A DNA stretch of 47,333 bases from an uncultured Planctomycetaceae bacterium (GTDB lineage Bacteria > Planctomycetota > Planctomycetia > Planctomycetales > Planctomycetaceae), in NCBI GenBank assembly GCA_963815195.1, contig CAWFGE010000002.1:1-47333 (forward strand), in the 5' to 3' direction. Of this stretch, positions 40,674-47,333 are shown piece after piece. The notes under the pieces are model-generated. The model was not told the DNA's origin. It saw nothing but the letters and a program-made list of their open reading frames with translations, and made no database searches. Made by a program: the position numbers and the translations under genes. Numbering within the stretch: position 1 is the stretch's first letter; the number at the start of each line of letters is the position of its first letter.

Positions 40674-40925
40674 TTACGAAATCTCGTCCTCTTCTTCCTC
40701 CGGCGGGGCGGGTTTGAGCCACCAGCCCCAAAGGAGGTAATGGAGGGCCCCGAAGCAGAAAAAGCCGAACACCACGGCGGGGAATGCGAAGAGTTGAGGC
40801 ATGACCAGCGTGCCCAAGGCGATCAAGCCCCCGGCGGCGGCCAGCAGAGCGAACAGGGCCAAAAGGGTGCCGGCCCCTGAGGGCTGACTTTCCTTAGGGG
40901 GGCGGGGCCTGCGGGGCACGTTCAT
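40674..40925 (-). CDS. Small membrane protein
   Basis: Two hydrophobic helices, HYLLWGWWL and an acidic tail; start overlaps the stop of the upstream gene. Confidence 0.7.
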   Translation of the reverse strand: MNVPRRPRPPKESQPSGAGTLLALFALLAAAGGLIALGTLVMPQLFAFPAVVFGFFCFGALHYLLWGWWLKPAPPEEEEDEIS

Positions 40926-41374
40926 GCGTTTTCGATCTGCTGTTTGAGGATGCGGTGCCGGTGCGCGAAGTTCTTTTCCAAGCCTTCGCGGACCCGGCTT
41001 TCCGTCAGCAAAAATCCCACCATCCCGCCGGGCGGCTCATAGTGCACGCGCTCGATGAGCAGCGTTTCCGTCTCGCTTTGGATTTCCAGAAAGTGCTCGT
41101 GCTCGTATTTCTTGAGGACCCCTTCCACTTCGCGGACGAGAAATCCGTCCGGCCGTTTGAGGTTCGTGATCTCGTGCACGATCTGCTGTTTGAAGCCCAT
41201 CGCCTCGACCTGAAAGCGAATCTGGCTGCCTTCGCTGACCACGTCCGGAGCATCGAGCAGGGTGCAATTCATCTCCGGCGGGCTGAGCAAAATCACGTTG
41301 GCCGGGCGGATCAAGAATTCAAACAGCACGTCCCGCGGGCAGGAGAGCGACAATTGCGTTTCATACGACGGCAT
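40922..41374 (-). CDS. SRPBCC-family protein
   Basis: LFEFLIRPANVILLSPP, VEGVLKKYEHEH, VHYEPPGGMVG and FAHRH. Confidence 0.8.
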   Translation of the reverse strand: MPSYETQLSLSCPRDVLFEFLIRPANVILLSPPEMNCTLLDAPDVVSEGSQIRFQVEAMGFKQQIVHEITNLKRPDGFLVREVEGVLKKYEHEHFLEIQSETETLLIERVHYEPPGGMVGFLLTESRVREGLEKNFAHRHRILKQQIENA

Positions 41375-41651
41375 TGAGCAGACCTTACAAATAAACAGAA
41401 AGAACCCGGCATTCGCCGAAAAAAGCGGAACCTTGCCGAAAGCGGTTTGTCCTTGCCATATTAAAGAGGCGGCGTCAGGAGAGAAAGCCTCGCGCCGGCA
41501 TTGGCGGGAGCGGTCCGGTGCTGAAATCATATCCATCGGGGCCGGCGAGACAATCCGGGAACTTTTCGCAAAGGCCGGCCGGCCTCGGGAAACCCGCCCA
41601 AGCCGGGGGGCTTTGCGGCTTTTTGCGACTTGTGAGGAATTTGACGGTTTC

Positions 41652-42596
41652 ATGCAGTTGGATGCGGAACTTCTCAAAAAGTGCTGGTTTTTGGCGGGGC
41701 CGACGGCTTCGGGAAAAACGGCCGCGGCCGTCCTGCTCGCCGAGCGATTGGGGGCGGAGATTGTCTCCCTGGATTCGATGGCGATCTACCGCGGCATGGA
41801 CATCGGCACCGCCAAGCCCGCGCCCGAGGAACAGCGCGGCGTTCCGCACCACTTGATCGACATCATCGAACCGCACGAAGCGTTCAGCCTGGCCGATTAT
41901 GTGGCGGCGGCGGACCGAGCCGTGAGAGACATTTTCTCGCGCGGACGGAGCGTGCTGTTTGCGGGCGGGACGGGGCTTTATCTGCGGGGCGTGTTGCGGG
42001 GCGTGTTCGAAGGGCCTTCCGCGGATTGGGACTTCCGCCGCGAATTGGAAGCCGCCGCCCAGGCGGAAGCCGAAGATGATTTGCACAGCCGGCTCGAAGC
42101 GGTCGATCCCGTGGCCGCGGGCCGGATTCATCCGCGGGACCGGCGGCGGTTGATTCGGGCGCTCGAAGTGTATCACCTCACCGGAAAACCGCTGTCCGCC
42201 CAACAACAGCACGGACCGCTGCCGGTCGGCGATCGGCCCCGAAATGTTTTCTGGCTCAACCCGCCCCGCGATTGGCTGCACGAACGGATTAACCACCGGG
42301 CCGAACGGATGCTCGAACGCGGCTTGGTGGCGGAGGTCGAAGATCTCCTCGCCTCGCCGCGGCCCATCAGCCAAACGGCCCGGCAGGCGCTCGGATATAA
42401 AGAGGTCATCGATTACCTAAAAGGCAACATCGATCACGCCGGGATGCGGGAGATGATTCAGCGGCGGACCCGGCAATTTGCCAAACGGCAGCACACGTGG
42501 TTTCGCAACCTCGAAGAATGCCGGCCCTTGGGCATCACCGGAACCGAGACGCCCCGCGAGATTGCCGAGGCGATTTTTCAAACGGGCGGTTCATGA
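41652..42596 (+). CDS. miaA: tRNA dimethylallyltransferase
   Basis: GPTASGKT, DSMAIYRGMDIGTAKP, PHHLID, GGTGLY, RALEV, ALGYKE and TRQFAKRQHTWF. Confidence 0.97.
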   Translation: MQLDAELLKKCWFLAGPTASGKTAAAVLLAERLGAEIVSLDSMAIYRGMDIGTAKPAPEEQRGVPHHLIDIIEPHEAFSLADYVAAADRAVRDIFSRGRSVLFAGGTGLYLRGVLRGVFEGPSADWDFRRELEAAAQAEAEDDLHSRLEAVDPVAAGRIHPRDRRRLIRALEVYHLTGKPLSAQQQHGPLPVGDRPRNVFWLNPPRDWLHERINHRAERMLERGLVAEVEDLLASPRPISQTARQALGYKEVIDYLKGNIDHAGMREMIQRRTRQFAKRQHTWFRNLEECRPLGITGTETPREIAEAIFQTGGS

Positions 42597-43007
42597 ACCG
42601 GGCGAAGGCAAAGTCGGCGGGACGCAGAGGAAGGTCAGTTCGGGGACGCGCCGGCGATGAATTGACGCCGCGACTTCGCTCCGGAGTTTCCCGTACACAT
42701 GCTGCAGGCGGACGAGCACATCCTCGGGCGATACGTCCGCATCCAAGGGAGACACCGTGACCATCAAATGCTTCTCGTTGGGGGCGGGATCGACGGAGTC
42801 CACATACAAGCTGGCGAGCACGTCATCATCGCAGTCGCCCAAGGCGTAAGTCAGCGCCCGCTGCACCTGCCGGCAAAGCTGAAGGGCCTTGCGGTTGCCG
42901 TGATAACGCTTGTTTTGAGGCACCGGGTTCACCTGATCTGCGTTTTCCCCGCCCGCTGCGGGTTGCGGAGGATCGTGTTCTTCATCGCTCGGCTGTTTGC
43001 GTTTCAT
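42591..43007 (-). CDS. Ribosome-binding factor A-like protein (atypical paralog)
   Basis: RKALQLCRQVQRAL, LYVDSVDPAP and GKLRSEVAASIHRRRVPELTF. Confidence 0.75.
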   Translation of the reverse strand: MKRKQPSDEEHDPPQPAAGGENADQVNPVPQNKRYHGNRKALQLCRQVQRALTYALGDCDDDVLASLYVDSVDPAPNEKHLMVTVSPLDADVSPEDVLVRLQHVYGKLRSEVAASIHRRRVPELTFLCVPPTLPSPGS

Positions 43008-43087
43008 GGCGGTTCGATTGTTTTGAAGTTCACTTTCCGGACACGGCCGACGAAAAAAGGTTCGTCCCGATCACCGGCATCAATCTC

Positions 43088-43169
43088 TGAGCGGCTCGCC
43101 GCCAGCCGCCGGTTTTGGGCATCGCGAGACAACCACAAAAATCACCGGCCACTAACGCCCAGCCGCTCA
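43088..43169. repeat. TGAGCGGCTGG...AGCCGCCGG-family inverted repeat pair
   Basis: TGAGCGGCTCGCCGCCAGCCGCCGG (43088-43112) / CCGGCCACTAACGCCCAGCCGCTCA (43145-43169); a single copy lies at 38069-38093. Confidence 0.65.
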
Positions 43170-43177
43170 CGGTGGTT

Positions 43178-44815
43178 TCAGTCTTTCGGGGCGCTGCCCC
43201 ACCAGTCGCGGTTGGGAGTGAAATTCGGTTCGAGATAACCCGCGTGTTGCTTTTCGAGGCGGGCTTTGCCTTGGGATTTCAGCGACTCCCAGCGGGCGGC
43301 CCGCTTGGCGGGGTCGAACTGGGGATCTTTTTTGGGAAACTTGGCGCCCGTCGCTTTGAGCCAGGCGTCGAGCCGGGTCCGGAACGCTTTCACGCGGTCG
43401 GGTTCTGTGGCGGCGAGGTCGCGTTGTTCTCCGGTGTCGGCCGTTAGGTGATAGAGTTCGTCCCGGCCGTCTTCGTGATAGTGGATCAACTTCCAACCGT
43501 CCTGGGTGATGATCGACGAGGGTTCGCCGCCTTGGTTTCCGTAATGGGGGTAATGCCAGAACAAGGGCCGATCGGGAATGGAGCCGCCCTTGAGCAAAGG
43601 CACGAGGCTCACGCCGTCGATGTCCTGCTCGCGCGGAACCGGGACGCTGGCGAGTTCGAGCAGCGTGGGATACCAGTCGATGCCGCTCACGGGCACGTCG
43701 CAGGTCGTGCCGGCTTTGGTGATGCTGGGGGCCTTGATGTAGAACGGTTCGCGGACGCCGCCCTCCCACTGCCGGCCTTTGCCGCCCCTGAGCGGGAGAT
43801 TGCTCGTCGAGAAGGAATCCCCGGACGACACGCCGCCGTTGTCGGACGTGAAACACACGATCGTGTTCTCCGCCAGCCCCAACTCGTCGAGTTTCTTGAG
43901 CACCATGCCGACGGCGTCGTCCATCGATTCGATCATCCCCGCGTAGATCGGGCAGTCTTGCACCTGGCGGACGGCGAGCCGGCGGTCAAACAGGAACCGC
44001 TCTTTCACCAGGCCCGCGTCCGCGGCTTTGTTGCGGTACTTCTTCCAAAGGCCGGGCGACGTTTGAATCGGACCATGCACCGAATAGAAGGACAAATACG
44101 CGAGAAACGGCTGGTCTTTGTGCGCCTCGATGAACTCGGCGGTTTCCCGGCCCAGGCGAATGGGCAGCGATTCGCCCGGCGGTCCCGGTTTGAGATTGGG
44201 ATTCTCCCAGGGCGAGAAATATCCGCCCCGCGGACTGCCCACGTCCCAGCCGCCTTTGTTGATTTCAAAACCGTGATCCGTCGGCCAAGAGCCTTTGCTC
44301 CCCATGTGCCATTTGCCGGCGAAAAAGGTTTTATAGCCCGCGTCGCGAAGGGCTTCCGCGAGCGTGATCTCGCTGGCCCGCAAGTTGTGCTCGTAATCCG
44401 CGGGCAGGTGGCTGTCTTGCCGGCCCGAGCTCCGCCAGCCTGCGCCCGAACGGTCGCCGATCCAGGTCGTGATGCCATGCTTCGTCGGATACTTGCCCGT
44501 GACAATGCTCGCCCGCGACGGGCTGCACACCTGGCACGCGGCATAACCCCGCGTGAACTTCATGCCTTCCCGGGCGATCCGGTCGATATTCGGGCTTTGG
44601 TAAAACGTGGAGCCTTCGTTGCTCAGATCGCTCCAGCCCAGATCGTCCGCAAGTATTAGTACAATATTAGGTACACGCTTATTATCCGCTGATACCCCTT
44701 TTTTGCAAGTGCCTATTGACAAAATGGCTGGTCCGAGGATAAGAATGAATGTAGCAAATTTGTGTAGTAAATGGGCAGGGAATCCATTCAAGGGAAAACG
44801 TCGCGAGAAGAACAT
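43178..44815 (-). CDS. Formylglycine-dependent (S1) sulfatase with an AT-rich 5' end
   Basis: PNIVLILADDLGWSD, CSPSRASIVTG, GKWH, TSDNGG, GGKG and EGGVR; SD GGGAGG a few nt before the ATG at 44815. Confidence 0.95.
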   Translation of the reverse strand: MFFSRRFPLNGFPAHLLHKFATFILILGPAILSIGTCKKGVSADNKRVPNIVLILADDLGWSDLSNEGSTFYQSPNIDRIAREGMKFTRGYAACQVCSPSRASIVTGKYPTKHGITTWIGDRSGAGWRSSGRQDSHLPADYEHNLRASEITLAEALRDAGYKTFFAGKWHMGSKGSWPTDHGFEINKGGWDVGSPRGGYFSPWENPNLKPGPPGESLPIRLGRETAEFIEAHKDQPFLAYLSFYSVHGPIQTSPGLWKKYRNKAADAGLVKERFLFDRRLAVRQVQDCPIYAGMIESMDDAVGMVLKKLDELGLAENTIVCFTSDNGGVSSGDSFSTSNLPLRGGKGRQWEGGVREPFYIKAPSITKAGTTCDVPVSGIDWYPTLLELASVPVPREQDIDGVSLVPLLKGGSIPDRPLFWHYPHYGNQGGEPSSIITQDGWKLIHYHEDGRDELYHLTADTGEQRDLAATEPDRVKAFRTRLDAWLKATGAKFPKKDPQFDPAKRAARWESLKSQGKARLEKQHAGYLEPNFTPNRDWWGSAPKD

Positions 44816-44937
44816 GAGCTGGCCTCCCAAAGGGGCTGATGCTGGCATATCGAAAACTCCGCTTTAGTATCAATCGCGCCGGGCGGCGGGTCAATGGCGG
44901 CGATACGGCGCAGAGCACGGAAAGGACGGAAAGGACG

Positions 44938-46236
44938 ATGGGAAGAAAATCCAAAAAACGCAGGCAGTCGCACGGGTCCGCGTGGCATTGGAAACAAACT
45001 GACTGTTGGTATTACACCCGACCCGGCACGAAACAACGCGTGCCGCTGTTCGATGAGCAAGGGGAACGAATCCGGGGCAAGGAAAATCGGCAAGCCGCGG
45101 AGATCGCACTGGCTCGGGAAAAATTGACCTGGGAACGGGAACCCGCAGGCGGAGATGCCGGGGGCCAATGGATCGTGGCCCGCGTTTGTTCCGAGTATCT
45201 GGAGTATTGCGAGCGGGGATTGGCGAAAGGCACGATCAGCCTGGGGCATCGAAATAACTCCGCCGCCTGGCTGAACGATTTGTGCGGATACTGCGGAGCC
45301 CTTCCGGTGGCTCAGCTCAAGAAGGGGCACGTTCAAAAGTGGTTGGATAACCATCCGACCTGGCGGAGCCCTGCCACGCGCTCCGGGGTGATTGCCATTG
45401 TCTTGGCAGCGTTCAATCGGGCTGCCGAGATGTTTGGGATTCCGAATCCGATCAAAGGATTGAAGAAACCCAAGGCGGAACCGCGATTGGCATCCCTGAC
45501 GCCGGAAGAGGAACAGGCGATCTATGAAGCCACCGAACCCCGTTTTAAGGAGTTCCTGTTCGCCAGCATCCATACCGGCCTGCGACCGTTTTGCGAGTTG
45601 GCGAAAATGACAGCGGATGACGTGGAAGAGACGCCGCGGGGGATGATGTGGCGGGTCTATTCGTCCAAGACCAAAAAGACACGGAAGATCCCCGTGCGGC
45701 CGGAGGTGGCCGAGTTGACGCGAACTTTGATGGAAACGGCCCCCAAGGGCTCGGGATTGCCCCTCCTTCGGAACACCCAAGGCAATCCTTGGAAGCGGAC
45801 CACCGGCGTGGTGCGGTTTATCGCGATCAAAAAGAAGTTGGGCTGGGACCAGGATCCCATTAAGGGGAAGTATTCCTGTTACACCTGCCGCCATACCTTT
45901 GCTCATCGGATGCTTTCCGGGTATTGGACGGACGGAGTGGGTTGCTCCATCGAAACCCTGGCGGAACTCATCGGCGATACGCCGAAGGTGGCTTTTGAGC
46001 ATTACGGCAGGGAGTGGGGCCAGCATTATCAGGATCCGCTCTGGAACGCCATCGGGGAAGCCCGCGACGGAGACGCCAAAGCCGAGTCCAATGCAGCCGA
46101 CGAAAAAACCTCGGCGAAAAGCCGCTCGAAATCCGGCCGGCCGCACGATAAAAAATCCCGCTCGGCCTCGAAGTCGGCGACTCAGAAAAAGCAAAAGCGA
46201 GCCGCCTCACCCCCAGGGAGAAAGTCGAAGGCATGA
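44938..46236 (+). CDS. Tyrosine recombinase/integrase 1
   Basis: TGLRPFCELA (catalytic Arg), SSKTKK, YTCRHTFA and LIGDTPKVAFEHY (catalytic Tyr); N-terminal domain AWHWKQTDCWYY; RBS AAGGA. Confidence 0.92.
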   Translation: MGRKSKKRRQSHGSAWHWKQTDCWYYTRPGTKQRVPLFDEQGERIRGKENRQAAEIALAREKLTWEREPAGGDAGGQWIVARVCSEYLEYCERGLAKGTISLGHRNNSAAWLNDLCGYCGALPVAQLKKGHVQKWLDNHPTWRSPATRSGVIAIVLAAFNRAAEMFGIPNPIKGLKKPKAEPRLASLTPEEEQAIYEATEPRFKEFLFASIHTGLRPFCELAKMTADDVEETPRGMMWRVYSSKTKKTRKIPVRPEVAELTRTLMETAPKGSGLPLLRNTQGNPWKRTTGVVRFIAIKKKLGWDQDPIKGKYSCYTCRHTFAHRMLSGYWTDGVGCSIETLAELIGDTPKVAFEHYGREWGQHYQDPLWNAIGEARDGDAKAESNAADEKTSAKSRSKSGRPHDKKSRSASKSATQKKQKRAASPPGRKSKA

Positions 46237-47333
46237 CAAACAACAACACGGGCCGTCAACGGCGATCTCGCGGGAAAGCCTGGTATTGGAAACAGACCGA
46301 CAGCTGGTATTTCACTCCACCGGGAACCAAAGGCCGCGTGCGGCTGTATGATGAAGCGGGGGATCCGATCCGGGGCAAGGAAAATCGGCCCGCCGCGGAA
46401 CTGGCTCTGGCTCGCGTGAAAGCCGCGGGCAACTGGCGCCCCTCCGCGGAACAGGCCAGCGAAGACCAGTGGGTCGTGGCGAAAGTGTGTTCACATTTCA
46501 TCGATTATTGTGAACAGCGAGCGGCCAAGGAAATGATTCGAATGGAATACCATGAAGAGGTCGTGCGTTATCTGAACGATTTCTGTGGCTACTGTGGGGC
46601 GCTGCCGGTGAATGAGTTACGAAAAGGGCACGTGCAGCATTGGGTCGAAAGCCGCTCCACTTGGAAATCCCCGGTCACGAAGCGAAATGCAATGACGATC
46701 GTGTTGGGCACCTTCAATCATGCTCAGGATATGTACGACGTGCCGAACCCGCTGACGGGGCTCAAAAAGCCGCCGCAAAAACCGCGGTTGCAATCCATTG
46801 ATCCTGAGGAAGAGGCCCTCCTCTATTCCGCGACGGATGAGGCATTCGCCAATTTTCTCTTTGCCGCAATTCAGACGGGCCTGCGGCCGTTTTGCGAATT
46901 GGCACGTTTGACGGTCGCAGATGTGGAGGAAACCGAGCGAGGGATGATGTGGCGGGTTTACTCTTCGAAGACCAAGAAGACGCGAAAAATTCCGGTGCGA
47001 TCGGAGGTCGCGGAATTGACTCGGGATTTGATTTCCCCGACCGCGGGAGAGTCCGGGGCCGTTGTCTTTCGCAATCCGCAGGGCCGCCCTGGAAGAAAGT
47101 CACCGGCGGCGCCCGTTTTCGGAAGATGAAACGCGAACTCGGCTGGGATCAAGAACCCGCCGCGGAAAAATTACTCCTGCTACACCTGCCGGCACACGTT
47201 TGCTCACCGCATGCTGGCTGGTTTTTGGAACGAGGGAGTGGGATGCTCCATCGAAACGCTCGCCGAGTTGATGGGCGACACCCCGAAAGTGGCCTTCGAT
47301 CATTACGGCCGCGAATGGGGCCAGCATTACCAG
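46233..47333 (+). CDS. Tyrosine recombinase/integrase 2, paralog of recombinase 1; compensating -1/+1 indels near 47087 and 47160; truncated by the window end
   Basis: ATGA overlap with gene 1; TGLRPFCELA and GMMWRVYSSKTKKTRKIPVR; YSCYTCRHTFAHRML...LMGDTPKVAFDHYGREWGQHYQ resumes in the original frame after the TGA at 47127-47129. Confidence 0.88.

Larger units (their letters stand above)
44651..47333. mobile_element. Left part of a putative integrative element with twin tyrosine recombinases; continues beyond the window
   Basis: Sharp GC drop at 44650/44651 inside the sulfatase gene, followed by two tandem recombinase genes. Confidence 0.6.

Noticed and set aside
44640..44680. dif/Xer site at the sulfatase junction
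   Set aside because: No match to the XerC/XerD arms such as TTATGTTAAAT; only imperfect direct repeats are present.
1..47333. tRNA or rRNA genes
   Set aside because: No cloverleaf or rRNA-like conserved sequence recognised by eye in the intergenic regions; tRNAscan-SE was not run.

Overview
High-GC chromosomal segment, very likely from a planctomycete (inferred from the DUF1549/DUF1553 protein, planctomycete-type ECF sigma plus Ser/Thr kinase, prenyltransferase-repeat protein, Pro-tailed Hsp70, sulfatase and typical short palindromic repeats). It holds about 40 CDS, including carA, purA, moaC, miaA, a polyprenyl synthetase, fucU and exbD. I found no rRNA, tRNA or CRISPR array. The left end (1-2640) is a lower-GC run of small accessory genes separated by hairpin repeats. 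Several conserved genes carry single-base indels, which look like assembly errors. The most interesting signal is at the right end. A sulfatase gene switches abruptly from about 62% to about 39% GC exactly at its conserved 'PNIVLIL|ADDLG' motif, yet keeps an in-frame signal peptide, start codon and Shine-Dalgarno. It sits head-to-head with two translationally coupled, paralogous tyrosine recombinases that have non-canonical catalytic residues. This fits a sulfatase-targeting integrative element, or an N-terminus-swapping recombination system, that rebuilds the 5' end of its target gene. The far end of the element lies outside the window, so this remains a hypothesis.
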